A stretch of DNA of 64,000 nucleotides, taken from Candidatus Magasanikiibacteriota bacterium. Lineage in GTDB: Bacteria; Patescibacteriota; Patescibacteriia; Magasanikbacterales; GWA2-37-8. The notes beneath the pieces were generated by a model. That model worked only from the letters and a program-made list of their open reading frames with translations, was not told where the DNA came from and did not search any database. The stretch is from NCBI GenBank assembly GCA_016182085.1, contig JACOYB010000004.1:211923-275922 (forward strand). The letters run 5' to 3'. A program made the translations under genes and the position numbers. Below, in pieces: positions 16,520 through 26,848 of this stretch; the first letter of the stretch is position 1, and every line of letters begins with the position of its first letter.

Positions 16520-16657
16520 ACGACCTATTCTAAGGGGCTTAGCCACATATATTCTCATTCGCTCGGAAATATCCAACTAAAATATTTATAGATGCTTAAA
16601 TTATATAAATATTTTCTTGTCTATTTCACTCACTCATTTCGAATATAACCAAATCCT

Positions 16658-18673
16658 GTGAACGTATCCGAATTAGCCCGACAACTCCGAATTCATCCGC
16701 AAAAGCTTTTGCAAATTCTGCCTGAGTTTGGTTTTGATATTGGCGCCCGTGCGGTAAAAATAGACGATCGAGTGGCTCAGCAAATCCAGCGCCAGTGGAA
16801 ACGAATGAAGTTTGTCATGGAAGAGCGAGAGCAAAAGGAAAAAGAAAAGCAGAAAGAATTAGAAAAAGAAGCCCGCAAAAGCAGCGGTGTGACCGTAAAC
16901 ATTGCCGATAAGCTAACTGTAAAAGAGTTGGCTGATTTGTTGCAAATGCCAGTTACCAGACTGATTATGGAATTCATGAAAAACGGTATTTTGGCTACTC
17001 AAAATGAAAATATAGATCGTGATACAGCGGCACTGGTAGCCCAAGAGCTTGGGTTTACCGTGGCCGAAGGAAATGGCGAAACCAAGGCTGAAGAAACTTC
17101 GCATGTGGAAAATTTGGAAAATATTTTAACAACAGAGGGTGGATCTGCCAGACCGCCGGTAATTGTCGTGATGGGTCATGTTGATCATGGTAAGACCAAA
17201 TTACTAGACTCTATTCGCAATGCCAATGTAATGGCGCAAGAAGCGGGCGGTATTACTCAGCATATCGGTGCGTACCAAGTTGTCTGGAATAATCCAAAAA
17301 CAAAAGAAAAATCACCTCTCACTTTTATTGATACTCCTGGTCACGAAGCGTTTTCGGTGATGCGCGGTCGCGGTGCCAAGGTGGCCGATATTGCCGTGCT
17401 AGTGGTGGCGGCCGATGATAGTGTGAAGCCGCAAACCATAGAAGCGATAAATATTATTAAAGCGGTAAAGCTGCCGGTAGTGGTGGCAATAAACAAAATG
17501 GATAAAGAAGGCGCTGATCCAAAAAAAGTACGAGCCGATTTGTCTCAGCATAATATTTTGGCCGAAGAGTGGGGCGGCGATGTGCCGATGGTAGAAATTT
17601 CCGCTAAAAATAATTTAAATATAGATAAGCTTTTGGATGTTCTGCTTTTGGTTGCTGATGTTCATGCCGATGAAATAAAAGCCAATCCGGATAGGGCTGC
17701 GGCTGGAACAGTCATTGAAGCGCATGTAGACAAAGGCGAAGGACCCGTGGCCACTGTGCTTGTGCAAACCGGAACTCTAAAACTAAACGATCCGCTAGTG
17801 GTAAACGGAGAAATTTACGGCAAAGTGCGCGCCATGAGAGATTATAAAGGAGAAAATTTAAAAGAAGCCGTGCCCAGCTGTCCGGTAAGAATTTTGGGTT
17901 TCAAGGTAGCGCCGCAGGTAGGAGATATTTTGGATGTGGGCAGCGCCGATTCCGCCACTTTGATTAGCATTAAAGAAAAAAGAAATATCCAATCGGGAGC
18001 GGAAAAGAAAACTGTTTCTAGAACTGCCGACCCGGAAGAAGAGGAGCAGAAAAAAGTTTTAAATTTGATAATTAAAGCCGATACCCTCGGGTCTTTGGAA
18101 GCGATTATTGGGTCTTTGGAAAAAATAAAAAACGAAGAAGTGGGCGTGCGCGTGGTAGGCAAAGGTTTGGGAAATGTTATGGCCGACGATGTGGCTAAAG
18201 CCGAAACCACTCACGCCGTAATTTGTGGTTTTAATGTAACTCCGGTAGTGCTTGCCAAAAACATGATTCAAGATAAAAATATACAATTTTTGCAATTTAG
18301 TGTAATATACGATCTCATAGATTTCGTGAAAGGTGAATTGAAAAAACTCCTCAATCCGGAAAAAATTGTTATTGAATTGGGTAGTTTGCGGGTGGCGGCC
18401 ATATTTAGAACGACCAAAAATAGCATGATTGTAGGCGGAAGGGTAGAATCTGGAAAATTAAAAAAAGATGCCAAAATACGAGTAAAGAGAGGCGGAGAAG
18501 TAATTGGTATTGGTAAGTTAGCCCAGCTTCAATCTGGTAAACAAGCAGTGAACGAATTGCCAGAAGGAAACGAGGGCGGTTTGCAATTTGACGGCAAAAT
18601 AAAGTTGGAAGTAGGCGACGTTTTAGAAGCTTATAAAGAAGAAGAAAAGGAAAAGAAATTGATTTTGGAGTAG
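16658..18673 (+). CDS. infB: translation initiation factor IF-2
   Basis: GTP-binding domain (VVMGHVDHGKTKLLD, DTPGHEAF, NKMD) and a typical C-terminal IF-2 domain. GTG start. Confidence 0.95.
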   Translation: MNVSELARQLRIHPQKLLQILPEFGFDIGARAVKIDDRVAQQIQRQWKRMKFVMEEREQKEKEKQKELEKEARKSSGVTVNIADKLTVKELADLLQMPVTRLIMEFMKNGILATQNENIDRDTAALVAQELGFTVAEGNGETKAEETSHVENLENILTTEGGSARPPVIVVMGHVDHGKTKLLDSIRNANVMAQEAGGITQHIGAYQVVWNNPKTKEKSPLTFIDTPGHEAFSVMRGRGAKVADIAVLVVAADDSVKPQTIEAINIIKAVKLPVVVAINKMDKEGADPKKVRADLSQHNILAEEWGGDVPMVEISAKNNLNIDKLLDVLLLVADVHADEIKANPDRAAAGTVIEAHVDKGEGPVATVLVQTGTLKLNDPLVVNGEIYGKVRAMRDYKGENLKEAVPSCPVRILGFKVAPQVGDILDVGSADSATLISIKEKRNIQSGAEKKTVSRTADPEEEEQKKVLNLIIKADTLGSLEAIIGSLEKIKNEEVGVRVVGKGLGNVMADDVAKAETTHAVICGFNVTPVVLAKNMIQDKNIQFLQFSVIYDLIDFVKGELKKLLNPEKIVIELGSLRVAAIFRTTKNSMIVGGRVESGKLKKDAKIRVKRGGEVIGIGKLAQLQSGKQAVNELPEGNEGGLQFDGKIKLEVGDVLEAYKEEEKEKKLILE

Positions 18674-18691
18674 TTGTTGTCTAGTGTCATT

Positions 18692-18792
18692 GCGAACCTC
18701 GCTTTTGCGAGGTGTGGCAATCCCAAAGTTTGGTAGTGGTACAAAATTAACGGGATTGCCGCGTCGCTACGGCTCCTCGCAATGACAAAAAT
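18692..18792. repeat. structured palindromic element (GTCATTGCGA...TCGCAATGAC, with nested GCAATCCC/GGGATTGC and CCTCGC/GCGAGG hairpins)
   Basis: Same architecture as the GTCATTCCCGC family but divergent sequence. Sits between infB and trxA. Confidence 0.6.
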
Positions 18793-18821
18793 GCATAATT
18801 TATAATTTTTTCTTAAACTAT

Positions 18822-19142
18822 ATGGAACACATATTTACCGAAGCAAATTTTAATGAAGAAGTTTTAAAATCAAAGACGCCAGTATTTATTGATTTTTGGG
18901 CAGCTTGGTGCGGGCCATGCCAAATGATGTCTCCGATTGTAGAAGAAATGGCCAAATCTTACGAAGGTAAAAATATCAAAATCGGCAAATGCAATGTAGA
19001 TGAAAATCCGGAGATTTCTTCAAAGTATAATATCATGAGCATCCCTTCTTTTATGTTGTTTAAAAATGGCGAGCCGGTAGATCAAGTAGTGGGTGGCGTG
19101 CCAAAAGAAAAGTTGCAGAGCATGATAGATAAGCATCTATAA
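18822..19142 (+). CDS. trxA: thioredoxin
   Basis: WCGPC active site; 106 aa. Confidence 0.95.
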   Translation: MEHIFTEANFNEEVLKSKTPVFIDFWAAWCGPCQMMSPIVEEMAKSYEGKNIKIGKCNVDENPEISSKYNIMSIPSFMLFKNGEPVDQVVGGVPKEKLQSMIDKHL

Positions 19143-19246
19143 AAAATTAAACCTTAAACTGAAAGACGGCGACCCCGTCTTTCTTGATTTTTTACCCTAA
19201 GTTCGGTAACATAAATGAATAAAATTGTTTTTATATGGGCTCAGCT

Positions 19247-22200
19247 ATGAAAAAGTACGACCCGAAAAAAATTGAAAAAAAGTGGCAAACTTATTGGGCT
19301 AAAAATAAGACTTTTGAAGTTAAAGAAGATAAGAAGAAAGAAAAATTTTATTCACTCATAGAATTCCCTTACCCAAGCGGAGAAGGACTTCATGTTGGCC
19401 ACCCGCGTCCATTTACGGCCATGGACGTAATTTCTCGTAAAAAAAGAATGGAAGGCAAAAATGTTTTATTCCCAATTGGTTTTGATGCGTTTGGACTGCC
19501 TACCGAAAATTTTGCCATTAAAACCGGCAAGCCGCCGGCCGAAGTAACCAAAAAAAATATTGCCAATTTTACGCGCCAACTCAAGATGTTGGGCTTTAGC
19601 TTTGATTGGTCTCGTGCTGTTGATACTACCGACCCAAATTATTATAAATGGACGCAAGAGATTTTTTTACAATTTTTCAAACATGGACTTGCTTACAAAA
19701 AAAACCAACCGATAAATTGGTGTCCAAAAGATAAAATCGGTCTGGCTAACGAAGAAGTAGTAAACGGAAATTGTGAGCGTTGTGGTACGGCCGTGGAAAA
19801 AAGAAATAAGGAACAGTGGATGCTGGCGATTACCAAATATGCGGATAAACTTTTACAAGGATTAAAAAATGTAGATTATATTGAGCGAGCCAGATTGCAG
19901 CAAGAGAATTGGATCGGCAAAAGCGAAGGTGCGCTGGTTCGTTTTTCGGTTGTCATTCCCGCCAAAGCGGGAATCCAGACAATTCAATCGGACGCTGGAT
20001 TCCCGATCAAGTCGGGAATGACAACGGTTGAAGTATTTACTACCCGCCCAGATACAATTTTTGGAGCTACTTTTTTGGCTATCTCTCCGGAGTTGGCCAA
20101 GAGTTGGTTAGAAGTGGGTTGGCAGGCTAGCGAAGAAGTTAAAAAATATATAACTCAAGCGCTGGAAGCTCGAAGCGCGGCCACTACTCGCGAAGAGCAA
20201 GAAAAAACAGGTATTAGCGCTGGTATTGTAGCCATTAATCCAGTTTCCAAAAAAGAAATTCCAGTTTGGATTACCAATTATGTAATGGGCGAAGTCGGTA
20301 CAGGCGCGATTATGGGTGTGCCGGCACACGATGAGCGTGATTTTGATTTTGCCAAGAAGTTTGGTTTGCCAGTTAAGCAAGTGGTTATGCAAAATATTGT
20401 GGTGGCAGGCGCTGCCGCACCACGAGATAATAAGGGTTTAATACAACGTAAAGTAGTTACAGGTATTATTCGCAATCCAAAAAATGATTCTTTTTTACTT
20501 TTACGACGCGCAGATAAAGAAAGTTCTTTTGTCGGTGGTACCATTGAAGATGGAGAGGATGCTATTGCAGCATTACGTCGTGAAATTGTAGAGGAAACTG
20601 GATATACAGATTTTGAAATTAAAAATACTGTTTTTCCTAATTTTTTTGGTAATGGTTATAAATTACGCGTTGATAAAAATTGCCTTGATTTTGAATATTT
20701 TTATGCGGTTGAATTAAATAGCGAACTTCACCAAGAGGTCAGTAAGGAAGAAATGGCAAAGCACGAGCCATTTTGGGTACCACGTGCGGATGTGTCTAAA
20801 ACAGTCACGCTTACAACGCATCAATACATGTGGAATCTTTATCAAGAAAATAAATACTGCTTCTCTGAAGATGGTATTGCTGTAAGTTCTGATTTTTTAA
20901 ATGGATTAAAAACACCGGAGGCCAAAGAAAAAATGATTAGCTGGCTTGAAGAACATAAGATAGGCAAAAAACAAATAAATTATAAATTGCGCGATTGGGT
21001 ATTTTCTCGCCAGCGTTATTGGGGTGAGCCTATCCCATTGGTATATTGTGAACATTGTAAAAATAAAAAACAGAAAGCTTTATTAATTCATGGTTTTGAA
21101 GCTACTGGAGATAGTAATTGGTTACCGTGGATGAAAATAGAATTAGAAAAACAAGGCTTTGAAGTAATGGTGCCAGCTCTGCCGGATAGTAGTCATCCTG
21201 ATCTTGGAAAATGGCTAGCAGTGTTGCAGCCGTATTTTGATAAATTGGGAGAAAATGATGTTATTGTTGGCCATAGTCTTGGCAGCAAAGCAGCCTTGCA
21301 CCTGCTAGAGACAAGTAAAAAGAAAATTGGTCATGTTTATTTAGTTGCTTCGGCTATTGGGCTTTTGGAGGAGCGGGATTGGAGTAAATTTGAACGCGAA
21401 TGGAAAGGGTCTGATGTAAAAGCGTTGCAAAAATTTTGGGAGAAGCCAGTTAAGTGGGAAGCGGTGGAAAAGTCAGTTGGTAATAAAAATTTAATTTTAT
21501 CTTCTGATGATCCATACATTAAAAAAGAAACTCATAAAAATTTGCCACCAGGATGGTTTTATCAGTTATGGTCTGGCTTTGGTCATTTCCAGCAAAAACA
21601 AATTCCTGAATTGTTAAATTTAATTTTGCAGAGTAAAAACACTGGCTGGGTACCTCTTCCCGAAAGTGAATTGCCGCTCAAACTTCCAAAAGTAGAAAAG
21701 TATCAGCCTACCGATACAGGCGAATCTCCGTTGGCGGCAATGGAAAAATGGGTAAAAACTAAATGTCCAAATTGTGGTGGCCCGGCCAAACGAGAAACAG
21801 ATACCATGCCAAATTGGGCCGGCTCAAGCTGGTATTTTTTGGCGTATGCGATGGGTGGGAAAAAAAGATTAAAAGAAAAAGGCGATAAATTTTGGGATAA
21901 AGAAATGCTAAAACATTGGCAACCGGTAGATTGGTACAATGGGGGAATGGAGCATACAGTTTTGCATTTGCTCTACTCTCGTTTTTGGAATCAATTTTTG
22001 TATGATATTGGCATGGTGCCAACACCGGAGCCATACGCCAAACGCACTTCGCACGGCATGATTCTGGCCAAAGGCGGAGAAAAGATGAGTAAATCGCGCG
22101 GCAATGTGGTAAACCCGGATGAGATGGTAGAACAGTTTGGCGCCGATGCTTTGCGTACCTATATTATGTTTATGGGTCCGTTTGATCAGGCGGTAGAGTG

Positions 22201-22765
22201 GGATACAAATGGGTTGGTGGGAGTAAAAAGATTTTTGGATAAAGTTTGGCGTTTAGGGAATAGGATCGGGGAGCATAAATTAGATCATCCTTGGGCAATG
22301 CATAAAACAATAGCTGCCGTTTCTGCAAGAATTGACAGTATGAGTTTTAATACCGCCATTTCAGAAATGATGGTTTATGCAAATTTATTAGAAAATCATT
22401 TAGGAGAAAATAAAGAGAATGGCACAGTTTCTCGTGAGGCAGTTGAAGCACTTGTGCTGCTTTTATCACCTTTTGCTCCACACTTATGTGAGCAAATATG
22501 GAGCCAGCTTGGTCATGAAAAAAGTATTGCCTTTGAAAAATGGCCAGAAGCTAATCAGGAAGAGTTAGAAAAAAAACAGAATATTAATTTGGCCGTGCAA
22601 GTAAACGGTAAATTACGTGACACTGTAACTGCTTGGTCCGATATTTCAGAGGAAGAAGCAAAGAAAGCGGCACTCGCTAGTGAAAAAATCCAAAAGTGGC
22701 TGGAAGGCAAAGAGCCGAAAAAAGTTATTTATGTAAAAGGCAAGTTAGTGAGTATCGTGGTTTAG
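19247..22765 (+). CDS. leuS: leucyl-tRNA synthetase with embedded Nudix and YdeN/RBBP9-type hydrolase domains and one in-frame palindromic element
   Basis: HIGH motif (HVGHPR), CP1 editing-domain motifs (TTRPDTIFGATFLAISPE), KMSKS (KMSKSRGN) and the anticodon-binding region are all present. One uninterrupted ORF of about 1170 aa (from 19235/19247), versus about 800-860 aa in typical LeuS. See findings. Confidence 0.9.
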   Translation: MKKYDPKKIEKKWQTYWAKNKTFEVKEDKKKEKFYSLIEFPYPSGEGLHVGHPRPFTAMDVISRKKRMEGKNVLFPIGFDAFGLPTENFAIKTGKPPAEVTKKNIANFTRQLKMLGFSFDWSRAVDTTDPNYYKWTQEIFLQFFKHGLAYKKNQPINWCPKDKIGLANEEVVNGNCERCGTAVEKRNKEQWMLAITKYADKLLQGLKNVDYIERARLQQENWIGKSEGALVRFSVVIPAKAGIQTIQSDAGFPIKSGMTTVEVFTTRPDTIFGATFLAISPELAKSWLEVGWQASEEVKKYITQALEARSAATTREEQEKTGISAGIVAINPVSKKEIPVWITNYVMGEVGTGAIMGVPAHDERDFDFAKKFGLPVKQVVMQNIVVAGAAAPRDNKGLIQRKVVTGIIRNPKNDSFLLLRRADKESSFVGGTIEDGEDAIAALRREIVEETGYTDFEIKNTVFPNFFGNGYKLRVDKNCLDFEYFYAVELNSELHQEVSKEEMAKHEPFWVPRADVSKTVTLTTHQYMWNLYQENKYCFSEDGIAVSSDFLNGLKTPEAKEKMISWLEEHKIGKKQINYKLRDWVFSRQRYWGEPIPLVYCEHCKNKKQKALLIHGFEATGDSNWLPWMKIELEKQGFEVMVPALPDSSHPDLGKWLAVLQPYFDKLGENDVIVGHSLGSKAALHLLETSKKKIGHVYLVASAIGLLEERDWSKFEREWKGSDVKALQKFWEKPVKWEAVEKSVGNKNLILSSDDPYIKKETHKNLPPGWFYQLWSGFGHFQQKQIPELLNLILQSKNTGWVPLPESELPLKLPKVEKYQPTDTGESPLAAMEKWVKTKCPNCGGPAKRETDTMPNWAGSSWYFLAYAMGGKKRLKEKGDKFWDKEMLKHWQPVDWYNGGMEHTVLHLLYSRFWNQFLYDIGMVPTPEPYAKRTSHGMILAKGGEKMSKSRGNVVNPDEMVEQFGADALRTYIMFMGPFDQAVEWDTNGLVGVKRFLDKVWRLGNRIGEHKLDHPWAMHKTIAAVSARIDSMSFNTAISEMMVYANLLENHLGENKENGTVSREAVEALVLLLSPFAPHLCEQIWSQLGHEKSIAFEKWPEANQEELEKKQNINLAVQVNGKLRDTVTAWSDISEEEAKKAALASEKIQKWLEGKEPKKVIYVKGKLVSIVV
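19952..20022. repeat. GTCATTCCCGC-family palindromic element, copy A, in-frame in leuS
   Basis: GTCATTCCCGccaaagCGGGAATCCAG...CTGGATTCCCGatcaagtCGGGAATGAC encodes VIPAKAGIQTIQSDAGFPIKSGMTT. Confidence 0.85.
20400..20830 (+). other. Nudix hydrolase domain embedded in LeuS
   Basis: The Nudix box GX5EX7REUXEEXGU is matched exactly by G TIEDG E DAIAALR RE I V EE T G Y. It lies between the editing domain and the NYKLRDWVFSRQRYWGEPIP motif. Confidence 0.7.
21060..21640 (+). other. YdeN/RBBP9-family alpha/beta serine hydrolase domain embedded in LeuS
   Basis: LLIHGFEATGDSNWLPWMKIELEKQGFEV...VIVGHSLGSKAALHLLE...GFGHF resembles B. subtilis YdeN (HWFPWLKK...AHSLG...GGHF). It is inserted between the zinc-knuckle cysteines CEHC and CPNCGG. 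Confidence 0.65.
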
Positions 22766-22868
22766 GCAGGCCAATTTAGTTTTATTAATGTTGGTTATTG
22801 TGGTAGAATAACAGAAAGTTAACTGTATTTGATTATGTCTGCCAAAGCTGAAAAAAGGATTATTTATT

Positions 22869-24878
22869 ATGCAAACAAGCAGCCAGTTAACCCAGATAGC
22901 CAAAAATATTTCCGAGGCATTGGCAATAACCGTGTTTTTAATTGGAGTTTTGGTTTTAATCGGCTGGCAATTTAATATCGAGATCTTAAAAAGCGTCTCT
23001 CGTGATTTTGTAACCATGAAGTCAAATACGGCTTTAAGCCTAGTATTTTTGGGTATATCTTTATGGTCTTTGCAAGAAAAACGAGCGCAAAGCCGGACGA
23101 GTTATATAGGTTGGGTGAGCGCGGTAGCGGCGATGTTTGTAGGCGGGATTACAATACTGGAATATATCATAAAAGTTAATTTAGGCATCGATAAATTTTT
23201 ATTTCAAGAATCTTCATCGGCATTTCTTACCATTTATCCGGGCAGGATGGCTTTAAACACGGCCTTTAGTTTTGTTTTTTTAGGTGTTTCTCTTTTGTAT
23301 TTAAACATAAAAACTAAGCGTGGCTTATATCTATCTATCGTTCCAGCTATTTTGGTCATGTTGGCGGCGACACTCGTAATAATAGGGTATTTTTTTGACG
23401 TATCGGAGTTTTATCTGGGGAATATTTCCTATACGCCCATGGCTTTGCACACGGCCATTTCATTTTTTTTAATAAGTTTTGGGATTTTATTTGCTCATCC
23501 CGAAGGCAATTTGACCAGAGTTTTTGTTAGTAGTAGTTTGGCGGGCAGTACAGTTCGCCGTTTGCTGCCCATGGCTTTTGTGGTGCCGGTAATTTTTGGT
23601 TTGCTGGAAGAACTTAGCGATCATTATGATTTTTTTAGCGTTGATTTCGGTCGGTCTGTTACGGCTTTTGTTAGTATTATAGTGCTAGCCGCGCTTATTT
23701 GGCTTAATGCTATTTTAATGGAGAAAAAAGAGGAAGCTCGGTCGCGGGCGGAGGAAAAATTAGAAAAAGAAAAACAAATATCCCAGTCTCTGTCTAAGGA
23801 TTTAGAAAAATTTAAATTAGCGGCAGATACGGTGGCCGACCATGTGATTATTACCGACGCTAATGGCATAATTTTATATGCCAATAAAGCCGTGGAAATT
23901 ATTACTGGCTATAAAATAGAAGAAGTGGTGGGCAAAAAGGCCGGCCAGGTTTGGGGCGGCCACATGTCAAAAAAGTTTTATGAAAATTTGTGGCATAAAA
24001 TCAAAAAAGAAAAGAAATTATTTGTGGGAGAATTGACCAATTATAAAAAAGACGGCACTCCTTATATAGCCGAAGTAAGAATAAGTCCTATTTTATATGA
24101 TGGCGGAGTAGTCCATTTTTTTGTCGGCATTGAAAGAGATGTTACCAAAATAAGAGAATTAGATAAAATGAGAGCTGAATTCATATCACTCGCGTCTCAC
24201 CAGCTGCGCACGCCGCTTACGGCTATAAAATGGTATGTTGAAATTTTGTTGAAAACAAAAAGAGAACACCAAGAGGATGGGTATTTGCGGCAGGTTTATG
24301 CCAGTAATGAGCGGATGATAAAGCTGGTTAACGATTTGTTGGATGTTTCGCATATTGAGTCAGGAAAAAAATTCAGCGTTATTTTAAAAATAGTTGATCT
24401 TGTTCCTGTTGTGAAAGATGTTGTTGAAATGATATCCGTTTCTTTAAGGAGCCGCCAGAATAAAGGAGAGATAAATTTAGATAGCGGATTCCCTAAAGAG
24501 CTCAAATTAGATATTGATGAGATTAAGATACGCCAGGTTTTTCAAAATCTTATTGATAATGCGGTTAATTATTCCTTGGATAAATTTAAAATAATAGTTG
24601 GCTATAAGCAGGAAGGCGATATGGCCATTTTTTATGTCAAAGACCATGGGCTTGGCATACCAAAAAATCAACAGTCGCGCGTTTTTGAAAAATTTTTTCG
24701 CGCCGATAATACGACGGCCGTTAATACTACGGGGACAGGTTTGGGACTGTACATAGCCAAAGCCATTGTGGAAAGGCACGGCGGGAAAATTTGGTTTGAA
24801 TCAGAAGAGAGGGTCGGCACTACCTTCTACTTTTCTTTGCCGTTAAATCGTGATATGCTATTAGCTAGCAAGGAGTAA
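22869..24878 (+). CDS. sensor histidine kinase with membrane N-terminus and PAS domain
   Basis: Multiple N-terminal TM segments, PAS-like region (ADHVIITDANGIILYANKA), H-box (ISLASHQLRTPLTAI) and HATPase_c (GTGLGLYIAKAIVERHGG). Confidence 0.85.
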   Translation: MQTSSQLTQIAKNISEALAITVFLIGVLVLIGWQFNIEILKSVSRDFVTMKSNTALSLVFLGISLWSLQEKRAQSRTSYIGWVSAVAAMFVGGITILEYIIKVNLGIDKFLFQESSSAFLTIYPGRMALNTAFSFVFLGVSLLYLNIKTKRGLYLSIVPAILVMLAATLVIIGYFFDVSEFYLGNISYTPMALHTAISFFLISFGILFAHPEGNLTRVFVSSSLAGSTVRRLLPMAFVVPVIFGLLEELSDHYDFFSVDFGRSVTAFVSIIVLAALIWLNAILMEKKEEARSRAEEKLEKEKQISQSLSKDLEKFKLAADTVADHVIITDANGIILYANKAVEIITGYKIEEVVGKKAGQVWGGHMSKKFYENLWHKIKKEKKLFVGELTNYKKDGTPYIAEVRISPILYDGGVVHFFVGIERDVTKIRELDKMRAEFISLASHQLRTPLTAIKWYVEILLKTKREHQEDGYLRQVYASNERMIKLVNDLLDVSHIESGKKFSVILKIVDLVPVVKDVVEMISVSLRSRQNKGEINLDSGFPKELKLDIDEIKIRQVFQNLIDNAVNYSLDKFKIIVGYKQEGDMAIFYVKDHGLGIPKNQQSRVFEKFFRADNTTAVNTTGTGLGLYIAKAIVERHGGKIWFESEERVGTTFYFSLPLNRDMLLASKE

Positions 24879-24894
24879 TTTTGTATCTCTAAGT

Positions 24895-25266
24895 ATGAAG
24901 AAAATTCTTATAGTTGAGGACGAGTTAGCGCTGTTGTACGCTTTGGCATCCCAATTTAGTAAAAAGCAATTTACAGTCTTTGAAGCTGTAGATGGCGAAG
25001 AGGGCTTGAAAAAAGCCATAGATGAGCAGCCGGATTTAATTTTATTGGATTTATTGATGCCAAAAAAAGACGGCATGTCCATGTTAAAAGATTTGCGCAA
25101 GCATCCGTGGGGCAAAAACGCGAAAGTTATAATTTTAACCAATTTAAGCGATGCCGAAAAAGTTGACGAAGCGCTTAAAAATGGCACCTATGATTATTTG
25201 GTAAAAACCGATTGGAACATCACTCAAGTCATTGAAAAAGTAAAGGCTAGTTTGGGAATGAAATAG
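24895..25266 (+). CDS. single-domain response regulator (CheY-like receiver)
   Basis: MKKILIVEDE...DLILLDLLMPKKDG...KVIILTNLSD...K. Confidence 0.85.
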   Translation: MKKILIVEDELALLYALASQFSKKQFTVFEAVDGEEGLKKAIDEQPDLILLDLLMPKKDGMSMLKDLRKHPWGKNAKVIILTNLSDAEKVDEALKNGTYDYLVKTDWNITQVIEKVKASLGMK

Positions 25267-25273
25267 CCGGACT

Positions 25274-26848
25274 ATGTCTTTGTTGGACATAGACGTAATA
25301 AAACGCGCCGCGCTTCAATGGACGATTGCGCGGCATGATTTCGCTAAATCAAAAAGCAAAACGTTTCTCGCGTTTTGTTTTTGTTTTATAGCCGGCGCGG
25401 GCAGTTTTTCTTTCTTAGAAAGCGCAAATCTTTTATTTTATCTGTATATTTTTGTCTTTGTTATTTTATTTTTTACTATTATTTTCTGGTATAAAAAGTC
25501 GCATAGATTTTTATGGTTATGTCTGTTATTTTTTATTTTAGGAGCCGTTAGATTTTTAATTACCATTCCGGAAAAAAATAATTCCAGAGTAGAATTTTAT
25601 AATGGCGAGAAAAAGATTGTTCAAGGATTTATTATCAAAGAACCGGATAGAGGTGTAAGTGACGTGCGATATATCGTGCGTGTTGAAAAATTAAAAGAGG
25701 GTAGAAATTTTATTCCGGTAACAGGTAATATTGCGATCAAAACTCTGATTTATCCGGAATATAATTACGGCGATAATTTGGAAGTAGAATGTTTGTTGCA
25801 AGAGCCGGCAAATTTTGAAGATAGTAGATTTAATTACCAAAAATATTTGGCTAAACAAGATGTGCGGTCTATCTGCAGCAATCCAAAAATAAAAATATTA
25901 AAAGGCAGTAGCGGAAACTGGTTTATTAAAACTATGCTGGGTTTTAAGAAAAAAATACAAATCAATATTTCTCGGTTATGGCCCGAACCAGACGGCAGTC
26001 TAATGGCCGGAATACTCTATGGCAGCCGCAGCGGCTTGCCCGCAGATATAGCCGATAATTTTAGTCGTACAGGCATCAGTCATATTATTGCGGTATCCGG
26101 GTATAACGTAAGTATTATTATCGTGGCTTTAAATGCTATTTTAATTTATGTAGGATTTTTTCGCCGGCAATCATTTTGGCTTTTGGCATTTTTAATTTTA
26201 GCGTTTGTATTTTTTACCGGTGCCAGCGCTTCGGTGGTGCGCGCGGGAGTTATGGCGCTGGTAGTTTTGGTTGCGGGTCGGGTCGGCAGGCTGTCAGCTA
26301 TAGGACGGGTGTTGGTATATGCGTGTGTGATTATGCTTATTTTTAATCCGTATATACTTTTGTGGGATGCCGGGTTTCAACTATCATTTCTAGCCACGAT
26401 AGGTCTGGTGTATATATCGCCAATTATACAAAATTTTATTGATGGTAAATTTATTCTTAAAAATTCAGCTGTTTTAATTGTTCTAGAAGTATTTAGCACC
26501 ACCATGGCCGCGATTATCGCCACTCTGCCGCTTATTATGTATCAATTTGGCCGGGTGTCGCTCGTAGCGCCGCTTGTGAATATCCTAATTTTATGGGTCA
26601 TACCTTGGCTTATGTTGTTTGGATTTTTGGCGCTAATTTCTAGCTTTATAATTTTCCCCATCGGGCAACTTATTGCTTGGTTAACAGAAGTTGGTATACG
26701 GTATGTTATAATGGTAGTAAATTGGTTTGGGAATAAAAGCTGGAGCGCATTTGATATGCGAATTTCCTTGCCAGTTATGATTATTATTTACTTAATCTTA
26801 TTTATTTTTGTATGGCTAAAAAAGCCAAAGTTTTATCTTCAGAAATAG
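25274..26848 (+). CDS. comEC: ComEC/Rec2 competence channel protein (membrane core, no MBL domain)
   Basis: DUF4131-like N-terminus plus Competence domain (GISHIIAVSGYNVSII...FTGASASVVRAGVMALVVL). Confidence 0.75.
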   Translation: MSLLDIDVIKRAALQWTIARHDFAKSKSKTFLAFCFCFIAGAGSFSFLESANLLFYLYIFVFVILFFTIIFWYKKSHRFLWLCLLFFILGAVRFLITIPEKNNSRVEFYNGEKKIVQGFIIKEPDRGVSDVRYIVRVEKLKEGRNFIPVTGNIAIKTLIYPEYNYGDNLEVECLLQEPANFEDSRFNYQKYLAKQDVRSICSNPKIKILKGSSGNWFIKTMLGFKKKIQINISRLWPEPDGSLMAGILYGSRSGLPADIADNFSRTGISHIIAVSGYNVSIIIVALNAILIYVGFFRRQSFWLLAFLILAFVFFTGASASVVRAGVMALVVLVAGRVGRLSAIGRVLVYACVIMLIFNPYILLWDAGFQLSFLATIGLVYISPIIQNFIDGKFILKNSAVLIVLEVFSTTMAAIIATLPLIMYQFGRVSLVAPLVNILILWVIPWLMLFGFLALISSFIIFPIGQLIAWLTEVGIRYVIMVVNWFGNKSWSAFDMRISLPVMIIIYLILFIFVWLKKPKFYLQK

